A stretch of 64,000 nucleotides of DNA from Paramecium tetraurelia (taxonomy: Eukaryota): positions 124,001 through 188,000 of the forward strand of contig CT868016.1 of the NCBI GenBank assembly GCA_000165425.1, written 5' to 3'. Of this stretch, positions 25,924-40,145 are shown piece by piece; the stretch's first letter is position 1; the number at the start of each line of letters is the position of its first letter. Both the position numbers and the translations under genes were made by a program. The notes under the pieces are model-generated. The model had not been told where the DNA came from, made no database searches, and saw only the letters and a program-made list of their open reading frames with translations.

Positions 25924-27336
25924 ATGCATAAATGTTCTTTAAATTTTGAGGATAAAAAATTAGAGGATTAGTTTTAAAATGAGAAACTGCAAAAGATAAG
26001 ACGACCTGTTTATTATGCTACATTTATATTTTTTGTTTTAAATGGAATGAAAGCAATTTTGGAATTTGTAAGGGGAACAAGCTTTAAATCAGAAATTAAT
26101 GTTGGTTTTGTTGCAGTCCAAACCATAATGGCAGTGATGGTGCTTAAGGACTAAAAGTATATAAAGTAGGCATTGGTTATAACCAACATAATGTCTGGAT
26201 TTCTATAGATGAATTTTAATGAAGATGCTACTGCAAAGTAAGAGTTCTATTCATTTGGAAACAGTTATGCGTTATTTTAAGCAATTGGTTATTTTATTTC
26301 AGATTTCAGAGATGGAGTAATCCAAGCAATTAGTCATCTGACAACTAAGATAATTATCACGAGTATTCATTCAAACAAAGTTGATCCCCTTTGCACAAGT
26401 TTGGCTATCACTAGCACTTTTTTTATAGTGCTTACAATATATGTGAGTGACTACAATTATAGAAAATAATTTCTAGCCAGCATCTAAGATGATGTATGGG
26501 ATAAGCAACTACCATTTCTGGTTAAGAAGCCCTATATAAAATTCACTCATAAAAATACCTATTTTAACATAACTAGCTGCAACCTGATTGAAAGGTTTGC
26601 TGGTTATAAAAGCGACTATTGTTTTGGATGCAATGCAAGAGAATTTTTAAGTGAAACAAAAGTCAACAATGTTTGTCTTTTGAATAAGCTTCTGAATGAT
26701 TCCATATTATTGAATACTGATATAGAAGCTCATTTGAAATGCTTTAGATTCAATATCAGGGTTTGTATGTATGGGATTGAAAAGATGAATCGAATAGTAA
26801 TCTTGGAGAAGATAGTCACAAAGGAGAAGAGCAAGTAGTTTTCTTTTGAATTTCGAAAGGATTTAGTTTAAACATTAAAATAAGGCTAGCAAAAATTGAA
26901 GTTTTTGTAATTTTATAATTGGGGAATACAATCATGTTTGTTGATCAACAGCATGTAGATTAGATCTATATCTTTGATTGATGTGATTTCAAAGTTAAAT
27001 AGGAATTATAGAAGTTATTTAAATCCTTTAAGGCTTATTTGTATTAATAAGTCGAAACTATAAATTAGAACATACTCAAATTTGATAAAAATATACTTAT
27101 TTCAAATATATCATCTGCTGATAATGACGCAACCCAGATCCAAAGATACTACAGATGCAATCGTTAAGGAGAATGAGGAATATATCGAAGTTCATCTATA
27201 AGTAAGGAACGCGAGAGAGTTCTGCGATCATTATTCCAAGAATATTTTCATAAGTCAAATAGAGAGAGTAATTCTGTGGGAGAGAGTGAAGAGTGATGTA
27301 AGAATATAATTTAGTAAATAAATTTCATTTAAGTGA
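25924..27336 (+). CDS. Multi-pass membrane protein of the ciliate sensor-kinase-like TM family, no recognisable kinase motifs
   Basis: 1413-nt ORF; MHKCSLNFEDKKLEDQFQNEK followed by about 5-6 hydrophobic segments. Confidence 0.7.
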
Positions 27337-27349
27337 AATAATTTTATTC

Positions 27350-27874
27350 ATGGTCAAGCGTCTCATAATTAAATTGATAATCGAGGTCGGTTCTACTGTT
27401 GCCAAGTCTTTTGTGAAAGCCTACCAATAGAGTGCTAAATGTAACAAAGTTATCTATTCGATTAGAAACAGGAGGAAAACCAGGAAATCCATTTACAGAG
27501 TTTCTGAATCAAACTATGTAAGCAGCAAATCTGACTCACAAACCTATGACAAGAGAGGAAGCCTTTAAGATATTACAATTAGTTCCGGAGAAGGCTAATC
27601 CAGAGGATATTATCAGAGTAAATGGAAGAATGATAATTTGTAGGTTTATTGGAGGTAGTTTCATAAGAATGATCCTGTCAAGGGTGGGTCCTTTTATCTT
27701 CAATCGATGCTACACAATGCAAAATGCGAGTTGATGAGGGACTTCCCAGATGTTAATGAGAAGGAGATCTTGGAAAAGATTAGGAAGGAAGGGGAGAGTT
27801 AGAAGGGAGAAGAAGAAGAGAATAAAGATGAGGCAAAGGTGGGGGAGAAGAGTGAAGAAAAGAAGGAAAACTGA
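27350..27874 (+). CDS. PAM16: Mitochondrial import motor subunit Pam16/Tim16
   Basis: KSFVKAYQQ...MTREEAFKILQL...NDPVKGGSFYLQS (J-like domain without HPD); two tiny introns. Confidence 0.9.
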
Positions 27875-27923
27875 GTTCTTAATTACTTATTTTGAGGATT
27901 GAAATTGATATATAAATTTAATT

Positions 27924-28922
27924 ATGTTATAGAGATTGTCTACAATAATAAGAAGACCAATGTTCTGGCATGGCACACATCATCATGATAGTAATGATGC
28001 TACAAAGAGATTGTTTGATACTGTTTCAAGTACAGTAAAAGGCATTCAATAAATAAACTATGTGGTGGAACATGATCCAAAACTAACAGTGGAAGAGAAG
28101 GCTAAAATGAAGCAATTTTTGATCTATAGATACGATCCAGCTGTACAATTCAATATATTGATTTTAGGACGAAAATGACTTCCCAAAATACGTGAGTTAC
28201 TATGTGGACTTGAAGAAGATACCCCCTATGTATTTGGATGCATTATTGTACATCAAAGACAATTATGATTCCTCTCTCTCCCTCCGTCGTTCATGCAGAG
28301 AGGGTATCTGTGGATCATGTTCTATGAACTGCAATGGTCTCCATAAGTTGGCCTGCATCCATGCAATCGACACTGATTTGACTTAGCCAGCCTACATCAC
28401 TCCTCTAGGTCACATGTTCGTTGTGAAGGACCTTGTGGTTGACATGACCAACTTCTATACTCAATACAAAACCATCGACCCTTATCTGAAGAGAAAGACT
28501 CCAAAGGTATGAAAATCTAATTTTATCATCTTAGGAAGGAAATAAGGAATACATCCAATCAGTAGAAGACAGAAAGTTATTAGATGGTCTCTATGAATGT
28601 GTGTTGTGTGCATGCTGTTCCACCTCATGTCCATCATACTGGTGGCATCCAGATAGATATCTCGGTCCAGCTGTCCTTATGCAAGCCTACAGATGGATTG
28701 TGGATTCTAGAGATGAGTATACTGATGAGAGATTGGAAAAATTAGGTATCCTTATCTCTCTATATATCTATAGCTGAGGATGTTAAGGTTGAGGACTGCT
28801 AAAATATCGGAATGTGTTCTTTTACATGTCCAAAGGGACTCGATCCATAAAGATCAATGAATCACTTAATGAAATTGATTGAAGAATATAAAGAAAGAAA
28901 GATTGCATCAGCCACATTATGA
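27924..28922 (+). CDS. SDHB: Succinate dehydrogenase iron-sulfur subunit
   Basis: [41 protein letters not shown]; three tiny introns. Confidence 0.97.
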
Positions 28923-28965
28923 CATTATCATAACATAAATAAAAATATCATAAAATACTTGTTTG

Positions 28966-29779
28966 TCAGGCATTTCTAAATTCACTAATCTTTGATCTGC
29001 ACTTTGGGCAACTAAAGTTTAAAATTAACCAAGCCTTTATACAATGCATATGGAAATGATGTTACTAATTACAAGGCAGAATCAACAATTCTTCATTTCT
29101 ACAATACGCTTGTAAGCATATTCCACATTCTTGATCCCCTTACACATTATCATTCCTATAGATTGCTTTTTATTTTGTTATGAGTTCGTTCAATATTTGC
29201 TGATTCTCATAATTCTATTTTTGTTATTTCAACTTGTTCCATAAGATCATCAATAGAATAAATGGTAGTGATATCAGTAGTATTAAACATAAGACGTACC
29301 CTTCCCAATATTAATACAATGATATTATTAAAAACATCCTTTGAAAAGTGGCTAAATTATTGTAGCAAGCATCTAGTGGCTCCTTTATCATTTCTATGTA
29401 AAAAGCCCAAATTATGAGTATTTGATTCATTAATGCATTAAAATAATGCACACATCGGATGGTTCTAGTTCTTTAAGCAACTTCAGATTTGATTTATTCC
29501 GTAAGTATCATTTATCTTCTTTCTGTTTCTTCTAAACTCATAAAGATATTAGGGTCTTGATTAGAAGTCACCACAAATTCAAAAGGTTGATTCCCTTAGG
29601 GTTAAGGTTGAAAATGTCCCTCTTCAAATTATATAGCATGATTTAAACTTTCTGCAATTTCCAATACAATTTCCTAGAATGCTTATGTACATTACTATGT
29701 TGTTTAAGGAGTGATATAATTTGGTATAATAAAAATATGCTACAATCGAATGCAGTTCTAAAATTGTTAGCCAATGCAT
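28966..29779 (-). CDS. Membrane-anchored RING-H2 E3 ligase
   Basis: C-terminal CGICLQAY...LPCNQQHHFHMHCIKAWL...CPKCR; hydrophobic N-terminal part; start approximate. Confidence 0.75.
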
Positions 29780-30057
29780 AATTTAATCTGATTAACAAAT
29801 TAAGTTGGAACCCAAAATCAAAGCAATTCCAAATTTCGATATACTATAGAACCTATATAAGAATATTAGTTTTTTTGCACTTTGCAAAGACTTATAAAAA
29901 ATAAAAGTAAATCTCTTATTTATTAACATTATAATACTTTAATTTTTGTGCTATTAAAATATAAAATTCAAAAATATTTCTTTTGATTTTAAATAGGAAT
30001 GAATTATGTATAAAGAATAATGATAGAAGTTTGCATTAATTATATAATGGAATATAA

Positions 30058-33000
30058 TCATTATTATAATTATTATTGTTGTTATTATTATTATTCTGGC
30101 TCTTCTTCAGGTGGTATTTATTCAATAAATGGGCAAATCTCTTACCAAATTTTCATACTTCCATTGGAACCTTAATAATAAATTTTTAATAATTACTTGC
30201 AGTAATCAGCAATCGACCAACAATATAAATACCTCTTATTTCTTCCTTAATTAATTCTAATGCCTTTATTAGTTAACCTTTTTCGGTATTCCATATACTC
30301 AATCTACCGTCGGAACCACCAGTTATAAGATGCTTACAGTATAGATAACTACACAAAATCGATCCAGTATGGCCATCCTTTAACGGTCTTAATATAATTG
30401 AATGACTTACTTTAATTTAGTACCTAGATCCATATTAATTAGATCACTAACCTTATCCATACCTCCGATAAACAATTAATTATTGCTAATCTGGTACAAA
30501 TGTTGCACTTTTACTGTCGTAACAGTTCTTAAAGTCTTCAATTAAATTTTTGGACCAGTCTTTTCCTATAATCATATAGCAAACATCAAAATTACTCTTT
30601 TGTATATTTTGACCCTTCCATCCGGGAACCCAGCTGCAAAGGAATCTTTATTGTAAGCAACCAAAGATATCACAAATGTTCTGTCTACTGATTCTATATA
30701 TTCTTGAGCACTTGATTAGAAATTGACTAGGTGAATTTTTCTATCATCTGATGCTGTTACAAGACTACCATCAACATAGATGATAGAATAAACTCCTTTT
30801 TCATGATATTTGAATTTGATATCCATTTGCCAGATACCATCGTGTTGTTTCCATCCAATTACAGTTCCCTCTTTATTTCCAGCCAACAACATTCCATTAT
30901 ATACGTAGATACTCAAGACTTCAGCTTCATGGGTAAATACTTTATTGATTCCAAATGTTTTAGCATTCCAAATGATAATTTATTTATCTTCTCCTGCAGT
31001 GATAAACTCATCTTTATTAAGGATGACTATTTGATTGATTTTACCCTCATGTTTATTCATTTCTAAACTTGGAAATTTGCCAACAATTTAAGAATCTGTA
31101 CAAAGTGAAGTAAATTTCAATGTTTCTACATTAGGAATAAGAGTGCCGATTAGCCATTGATACGATTAATTCTTTTTAAAAGCAATTGATTAAGGAAAAT
31201 TTAAAACTTAAAACCCATCAGAGGTTATAAAATATATTTTAGGCTATTTTGATTTGATTGCTTCTGCATTCTGAAGTTATGCTCCCAATCTCCATAAGCC
31301 TTATTGTTACGTTTAATCAATTTCCATATAGAAATAGTTTTCTTCCCTTTAGAATTTGACGACTTGTGTAGAATCCTTTATGATTTATCCATTTTCATTA
31401 ATTAAAAAAAGAGAGAAACTCTCTTTAGGGATTTGGGCATCTACCAATAGGAATTAAGTCTTGTTAGGTTTTAATTGACGTGGAAATTCAGTGTTACTCA
31501 AAAAGGTGCTAATACTGGGGAAGATTGGATCTTGCAAAGACCAAACAACCATCTTACCTTAATTAGTAAAGGTAAGTAACCTTTTTTCATAACTTACACA
31601 TTCTCCTAAATATAACTCAACTGGTGATTTAAAATATTTTTAATGAGTAATTTTAAGTTCATTGACAGTCTCTAGAGAAGTGGCAAAACTAATATGGCTG
31701 CCCTACGCAATAAGGACTCTATCTTCATTTTATAACACACTATTGACTTGTTAAGTTGAGTTGAGACTGATGTTTGGACCTCTTTCAAGTGAGTCAATGC
31801 CTAAAGTATGTAATACACCATCTAGTCCTCCAAAAATCAAATAACGTTGATCCAAAGAGATAATCTATAAAATGGGTTATCCACCACTGAGATAGCCCTT
31901 GATTTCCAGTTATTGAATGAGTGTTCCAGTTAATGGTTAATCTAATGATTTTTCAATCTTATAAATAAAAATGGATTTGCTATTATCACATAAGCAGGCT
32001 ATTTGGTCGTTTGTAATGTTAACCATCTTATTGATTGGATCAACAGTTTAGGTGGAAGATACAACTAGGATGGTTGCATCAATAGACAATCGCAATTATC
32101 TCAAGTCTACTTTGACTAGGACCAATTACCCAACAACAGTCCCCACAGCTATTCCTTCAGCACCTATTCTACACATAGAATTGGTTTTCTTGTTGATACT
32201 AAGTGAAGTTTATATGAAAAACTATTGGGTTTCATCTTCCTTCTTCAACCAGACTATTAAGCCACTATTGTCAGAGATTAGGACATTGTCATCGTCCCAA
32301 ATGATAATTGTGTTGACAAGTTCAAAGAATACACTGTTAATTGTACAATCAACTAAGTAACTATCCAAGTTCCAAACATAAACGCTACCATTTCGATTGG
32401 CAGCCACTATGAGATTGGGTGATTGGAATGCACATTATACAACTTCTTACTAGTCTTTGAGTGACTTAGTAAGATTGGGATAAGTTTTCAATTGGGATGT
32501 ATTGATAATTTGATTCACGACATCAAATGCCTCATATGGTTCTTTCAATGAGCCTAGTATCCAGAAGTAAGGGTATAATGTGCCTTGTTCAGATGGCACT
32601 TTGGGTAATTAATACTTTTGTATTTAATTGGGAGTCAAGACATACATTTCTTTAACGGAATCCATCTTTAATTTAGGCAGACAGGCAACCAATTATAAGA
32701 TGTCTCTCTTATTTTACAGATTAGAAAATCTAATTATTTGAATTCCATCTGCTGGATTTTATTAAGGCTATTCAATATCTTAATCAGATTGAATGACTTA
32801 TTTGTCTAAAATAAATGAAATGTATAAATTACTTTCCAAAATGATATAGAAATTCAAGAAGCCTTCATTAGGCTAATTCACAATTAAGACTTCCAATTGA
32901 GACTGTTGTGGTTTGCGTATAATATAATAGTAGTTGATTGTATTTAAGGATAATGGATATTATTCATTAATTTCCTTGATTTCATCATAATATTCAACAT

Positions 33001-34829
33001 TCTATATAAAGATTTTACCTTTTGTAACTAGTATATTATCAAAAAGATAAAATACTTTTATTTTGCAATAGAGCCTTACAAATTCCTCTCTCATTTGAAC
33101 GATAGCTGTACAATTTATTATTGGTTTAATCTTCAACCTTGATATAAACATTCGGAACTGGATTCTTGTAGACCATATCTATGAATTGAAATTAAATGAG
33201 ATTAATTTGATTTAAATTTATAGATGGAGGTTGCAAGTATCTTGGTTTCTATACCGTCAAATCACTAGACGATTAAGCAGCACGTCTCTTATTTAATGCA
33301 TCCTAAACAGGATCATACCCTTCTTCTTAATCTCGAGCATTTGTCAATTCGAATTTAAATTCACAAACTCCAGCACTTGTGGTTATTTAATCCTTGTAAA
33401 CTAAATATCCTGTTTTTTTCACATAAATTTTAAAGTGATCAGGCTCCACTATAATTTCATACTTTCCACTCCCTGAAGGTGATTCTTTCAATACAGCATC
33501 CTTCCCACCTCTTATTGGGACTATCTCTACTCTGCATTCTGTAACTGGTGCCAATTAACAATGCACAATAACTAAAATGCAAGAATTCGTTTGTTTCTGC
33601 AATTCAATTGTTTGATCAAGAGGCAGATCATTATTGTGCAATGAAAACAAATCAATTTTCTACATTTATTTTTCAATATTACATAATTTTTGCTTAGAAA
33701 ATCATTGGTCTCCTCTATAATCACCTCATAAACATCCAGAGGCACATTTCTTAGAGCAATACGACCATCTTAATTTGTTCGCTCTATCCTATGTTAGGGA
33801 TTATCCTCTGCCTCTTTCTAGCTTCTATGAGATTACCCTTATTTTTCAGACAATGTAGTTTACGCACTCTGTGGCCGTAATATTCTATGAGACCTGGAGG
33901 TTGATACTAGATTTAAATATGGAGCCCATTTTACACATAATGCTTTGAGTTCTTGGTAGAACAGGACGGTATGGTTGTATTTTGACGTTGATGCCTTTTA
34001 ATTTCTGATCAGAATCAGCGAATTTTAAATCTATATTGAAGGAAACTTTCTTAAAATATTGTGGCAACGTATTTATTATCACTGAAATTTATGGCCATGC
34101 ATTATTATTAAGTTTGGATCCAATAACAGCCTACTTGATTTATCCTTTTTGTTTGGATATCACTTAGACTTCAAAACACCCTAAGGGGAATGTCAATAGG
34201 GAATACCTAATCGACGTTATAGAAACATTGTGTCTATACCATGATCGAGATGATCATAGATTAATGGCTTGAGAATGACTTTAACAATTGGAAAGCGTTA
34301 GATAATTTCATTCTTAAGAGCTTGGGCATATGCTTGATAGCGTGCCTCGTCATGCTTTGTTGAGTTCAAGTGTTCATGACAATTAGTACTGCAATTAATT
34401 TAGTTTGTTACCAATATTCGATTGAAACAATCACATCTTCTTCAGAAATATCTTTGAATTCTCTAAATTCCCTAAAGCCTTGATGCCGCTCACTTTTACT
34501 ATGTATCTCCTCATTCTTCTCCCACAACTCTTAAAATGTTCGTAACTTTTTAATCTTCAAATTAGTGTAAGACAACCCAGTATCTGAATGTTAATATTTG
34601 ATCATCTGACTACACTTAATAGCATTCTTATAAGTACTCATAAGGGAATATTCCTAAAGAGATCCACGGTTTCTCGTGTACATCCCTATCGAAATGATTG
34701 TCAATTTATCTACACTCTAAATTGTTATTACCTTGACATCATCTTTTATGGATTCTATGAATACTTTTTATTTCTCTTAGTTGGTTGGGCAAGTTGAGAT
34801 ATTCTGATTGATCCATGGTATCTCTACAT
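30058..34829 (-). CDS. Large (~1500 aa) protein: N-terminal Rdx/SelW-like CxxC domain, beta-sandwich modules, two WD40 regions
   Basis: Frame appears continuous after removing tiny introns. Contains VSIEYCTNC...RLGCFEV...SKLNNNAWP, WD40 repeats (HEKGVYSI...LVTASDDRKI; GHTGSILC) and a poly-Q end before TGA 30058-30060. Confidence 0.75.
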
Positions 34830-34871
34830 TAGTTTGTATATATATATATTATTAGGTAATAATAATAAGTT

Positions 34872-37632
34872 TCAAAATGAATGGCGTTTATAATGAGGAT
34901 TTTGCATTTCCTCCTAATCCTCTTCTTCTTCTTCCTCTTCCTCCTCATCATCCTCATATTCCATTCCTTATACAGCTTCGAATCCTCCCATTTTTTGTAT
35001 TTCCTCCATCTATTCCTCGGTTAATCCATATTATTTAGCTACGACATAATTGTAAACAAATACCTATTGCATCCTTCTACAGTTTTTCCAGTAATTTGGG
35101 ATCAAGATTATCAATGTCAATCTAATCATCATAATCTCCATCTATCTCCTATCCATCATACTCTCTCAAAGATTACTCTGCTTGTTCTCCTACTTAATCA
35201 ACGCCTTCTGGATCCTGTTAGGAAATTCTCTCTGACTCCTCCACTTCCTATTCACCAATAGGGTTCATGTAATCAAACTACTCTTATTGCTCCTGTTCCT
35301 CCTGAGGCTATTATTGACTCTTGGCTGCTTCCACTTCCATCAACAAAGGTCTTTAATAAACTCTGACAAAGATCTCCTTCATCATATTATTGAAATCTTC
35401 CTCTTCTTGTCTCCTCTTCTAATATTGTTCTATGAACTTTTATTGTTGTCTCTCATACTGAACTTGGTTATGATCTTGAATCGCCCAAGATTAGTGTACT
35501 CTTGGTCTAAATAACTATTTTTTATCTTCCCTTTATTTTTACTCCTCATCATTCTATTAATCGAGAGCAAGTTGATTCTACTTCATAGTAAATATGTAAT
35601 CCACATAGGCATTAAATTTATCCGTTGATCTAGGTTGGATCTTGGGTTTCTTTGATGTAGCCTTCTTGGCCTTTTTCAAGGGATCGTCCTTTTAGACTGG
35701 TTTCTCATCCAAATAGTCTCGTTGGGCTCTCTTTTTACTTTCATGGAATGTAGGTCCAACAGGAACTGTAGGTTTTGATTTCTTTTTCTTTTGTTCTAAT
35801 TACTTTTGGAATTGATCATGCAATTTATTAAAATTGGGAATAGATTTGGCTCTGACTTTTCTAGGGGAATCATGATGAGATCTCAATAATTATTCTTATT
35901 ATTTCTCTTATTCTTGCAATTTCATCTTGTCTATCCATTCCTACATCCTAGGTGGCAATTTGGAGTTCTCTTGCAACCAAAACTTTCTTATCTTCTTTCT
36001 ATTCTCACTTTTGATCTTCTACTCTTGCATATTACGTTCATACAATTTCAATGAACAATACCAAGGAATAGGATTGGCTCTAAATTTATGTGGTTCCTCT
36101 ACCTCCTCAGGTATTTTAATAGGTTTCTCTCTTTTCCTGTCCTCAAAATTAAATGGTTTCTGCAATGATTGAGTCTTCTCCTTGCATCTCTCCTTCAATT
36201 CTCTCCTTCGTATTTCTTCCCTTTCCAACAATTCGTTATAATAATTCTTATCCTTCACCTTGTATGGAATGGCCTTTGCCTTAAATGGTCTAAATTTATA
36301 AGCCTCCTCAATTTCCTCCTACTTCTGTCTAACTTGCTCCATCACCCACTTCTCCCTTATGCTAGGCTACTTATTCACATCCCTTTTCTCCTGCCCGGTC
36401 TTCTTGGGTACAGTAAATTGCATCCTCTCCACATTGATCTCTTGAAATGGTTTTCTTGGACTTGATCTCTTCCTTACTTTCTTCTTCTCAGGTTCTGGAG
36501 GTGGAGGAATCTCCTACTTTGCTGTCATCTAATAGAAATAATCATCAGATGACTCCGATGAAACAGCCTCTTCCTACTCTTACGGCTGTGGTTCTTCCTC
36601 CTGATCATTTGGGAGATTGTCAAGGAAATACATGAACTAATTCCACGAGATTTGCTCATCAGGATTATTAAGATATCCAATCTCTATTTGTTATAGCACA
36701 CTCTCCAAGAGTAGGTTCAAACCAAAAACAACAACATGAACAGCATAAACAAACAACTCGCAATTTTAACGAATTGCTTTAATCGCATCATCAACAGTAG
36801 CCAAACCATTTTCACTGACTGAATCGAAGGCTTCCTTCATAATTGAGATATCTTCTAAGAGAAGGATTCTAGGAGTATTCTCAAATAAATTGACTTGTTT
36901 GTGAATTGGATCGAATAAATGCACATATTCTCGAAACCCTTTCTCTGGTTTCACCTTCTGGTACTTCTATAAAAACTATATGAATTCATCTTGGCTTAAG
37001 TGAAATCTCTCCTTGACAGGAAAAGAGTCTAAGGCCATTGAGAGGGATTGCCTATCAAATTGAAAGAGAGTCATTATTAGTGGGTTGTCGTACATAAAGT
37101 TTTTGATCTGCAAGTGATGGACTTACCCTTTGCGATGGGGATCTATTTGAGTGTAAAAGAAATCAAACATTTCTAAGTCATTTGGATCCTTGGTCACCCA
37201 CTTTTGAAGAGCCTCTGTTTGTTGGTCCAATAACTTAAGAAGTTTGAATTCTTACTCTCTCTACAGTCGTTCCCTTGAGTAGAATGAATGTGAAAGTACC
37301 TTTTTCGACGTAAATACATTTTGAATTAGAATATGTAATGTCTCCTTTGCAGGACTTCCTCGTTGTATTTGCTTTGGTATGGTTTTTTCTCTTCGGGAAT
37401 GTGGCAATCTTATGATTCTTCACTTTCTTCAGTTTAAACCTTTGGCCTTCTTCCTTGAACTCTCCTGAGGATTTCACATATCTTATCTCTGGATCGTTGC
37501 TAATTAGATCAACCTACTGTATACTATTTTGGCATTGATGGTGTTGTCTTTGATACTGCGTTGTAGATCATACTCGGTTTTCAATTCTCCCACTTTCTGC
37601 TACAATTAACCGACAAATAGTTAATCTGTCAT
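34872..37632 (-). CDS. FAM161: FAM161-like (UPF0564) basal body/centriole protein
   Basis: FKAKAIP, QKPFNF, FRANPIP, LPPRM, IPNFNKLH and PTVPVGPTF motifs; acidic C-terminus. Confidence 0.75.
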
Positions 37633-37645
37633 TTTATTTTTATTT

Positions 37646-39371
37646 ATGCAAAAACTCAACACCTACGAGGCAACTCCTTGGGTAGCAGGATATCAATGTT
37701 GCATCGTCATCTACACTTTCATAAGTTTTGGACTTATTTTGGTTTCAGTGTTCAATTAATCAATACTCATGGATTCTGTATGTTAAAATGATATATAATC
37801 AAGGCACCTCAATTTTATTCAGATTGGGATAATAAATTTGTGGAAGACCTAAAAATCGGAGAATCCTGCCAAGAAGGCTATCTTAACTTGTTAAATTTCA
37901 CATGGCCTGGTACTGAACTTGGATGTGATTGTACATAATCGAATGGAACTGGCACATACAAATATTAGAAGTAAATAAAAATAAAGATCAAGTTATTATT
38001 ATATGGAATGCAGCGAGTTTATGCTAGCTGAGAATTGCCAACCAGTTGAACCAATCTACGAAATGCAATTCCACCATTGGCCTATTAATGATTAATCTTC
38101 GGTTAAAGGTTGTTTAATATGATCTATCTCAAGCTTTCAAATTATGTGCCAAACAGAGCACTGAAACTGCAATAGAAGCATTTCAAATAGAGGAGGCTAG
38201 CGAGGGATACAAAAAGTGTGGAAATGTCTATTAAGTTCCATCTAATGAATTATGTCCAATTAGCGATTTTTCTATAACGACAGATACAACTGGAGAGGCA
38301 ATCGGAACTACTGGATTGTATCTGAAAATTAAGAGAGTCTAAGAGGAAGAAGTGCCATTGACTGCATTTACAATAGGATTTAGTAAATACCATTTTAAAC
38401 TATTACTAGATTCAATATGTTTTTCAGTTTCAGAAATAAATTAGTTTTAGTATTTAGATAAGATGATCAATTATAATTGCTATGATAATGATGAGAGATT
38501 TGTACGTTTTACTAGTGATATGCCTTATAGTGATTTACTAATGGTAAATGAAATAAAAAACGAATATAATCAATTATATAAAAATGCAATTGTTGAAAGC
38601 AGAAGTATTTGATAAAATAATGTAGATGTGAATCTGTTTTACAAGTACCTAACTCAATTCTATTACAACTCGTCATAGTTGTGTTAAGCAGAAGATCTAG
38701 AATACATTTACAATTTGAATGCATACATAAAAGACAATGTAATGGATGTTTAATTAGCTGCGTAAGTGATTGTAGGAATACAAGCAGGAGTGTTCGGATT
38801 CTTAATTCCATTAGTATCAGCAATATCTTTGGTCGGTTGCAATTTTAAATATGCTCATTTGAACAGAAAAAGTTCACTCTATAAGGACTTGTTTGGATTC
38901 TGGTTGGGAGTCAAGATGATAGGTGAGACCCTGTGCACCATCATCTTGGCTGCCGATATGGGGTATTAATAATAAATGATGAACCACTTCTCAGATTTCA
39001 TTAATGCTGATTGTTCTGATAAATACTCTTTACAGGAGATGAGTGATTTCTATAATGAATACGAAATCAAGGTTTACAATTATGTGCTTCTGAATTTCAT
39101 TCTTTGCATAATCACTAATGTCTTTGATATCTATGTCACTTATCTGATGTGCAGAGACAAACACAAGGAAGGGATATTTTTGAAGAATAGTGAGACTTCT
39201 CACCTTAGAAACATCACTTCTACTCATCCTGAAGATTTGCTCAACAGAACCAAGGTACAACCTTAATCAGAAATAAAATAACAACAACGAGACAGTCAAC
39301 AGAAACGACAATTTGATGATGTTGAAATACCAGGCGATGACATGCCCAAACCACATAAACCTGAGAATTGA
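37646..39371 (+). CDS. Ciliate Cys-rich transmembrane protein (same layout as 10166-11857)
   Basis: N-terminal TM, FTWPGTELGCDC, LCPISDF, three C-terminal TMs, DCSDKY; several introns. Confidence 0.75.
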
Positions 39372-39417
39372 ACATGAGATTATAATTTATCATGTATCAT
39401 ATTTTTCTAAACACATT

Positions 39418-40145
39418 TCACTTGTGATATTGCTAGGTAGTTATTTACGCAATCTATTTAATCTTTCATTCACTCTGTCTTGAATGGTATCTCCCTATTA
39501 TTACAAAGACTATCTGATTATGTTGTCTACGATCATATAATTCAAGTATAATACCCTTCCTTTCTACTTCGTCATCCCAATGCTTGATCAAATCAACTTA
39601 GACTTTTTATTCATTTTATGATTGGTATATCTTCTCCGTCATTGTCAACTTCTTCGAACGAACTTCCCTAATTACTTTATGCGAAATCTTCTTGTTTTCT
39701 ATGTTAATCTCCTAAATTTGTTATTATTCCTCTTCCTTCACAGGTGTCTGAAACTTTGGTTTAGGTGGTTTTTCTGGGCGTTTGAGAGGATCATATTTCA
39801 CTAGTCCTTCCTTAACGATTGGTTTGATTTACATTTGCTTCTCTCTTTTCTCTCTTGCCAACATCTCATCCTTTAACATTATTTCAAATGCCTCCTTCTC
39901 TGCAATTGTATTCGAAATCTTTTCCATAAAATAATACTTGGCAGGATTTCCTACCGTATCAAAGAATTCAACACACATCGCATACATATTGAGCAAATCC
40001 AAAATTTGTTACATTGATTCAATCTTTGTGATAAACTGAATTAAAGAATGCACTTTACTTTTCTTTCTTTCTCTAATAATTAAATGAAAAATTTCTTCCC
40101 TATCCCAAATTTACTATCATCCTCATCAGATGAATCGCAATGCAT
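39418..40145 (-). CDS. Hypothetical coiled-coil protein
   Basis: MHCDSSDEDD...LLNMYAMCVEFFDTVGNPAKYYFMEKI; one tiny intron; TGA 39418-39420. Confidence 0.7.

Noticed and set aside
34370..34420. Selenocysteine in the Rdx-like domain
   Set aside because: Both motif positions are TGT (Cys) after splicing; there is no in-frame TGA.
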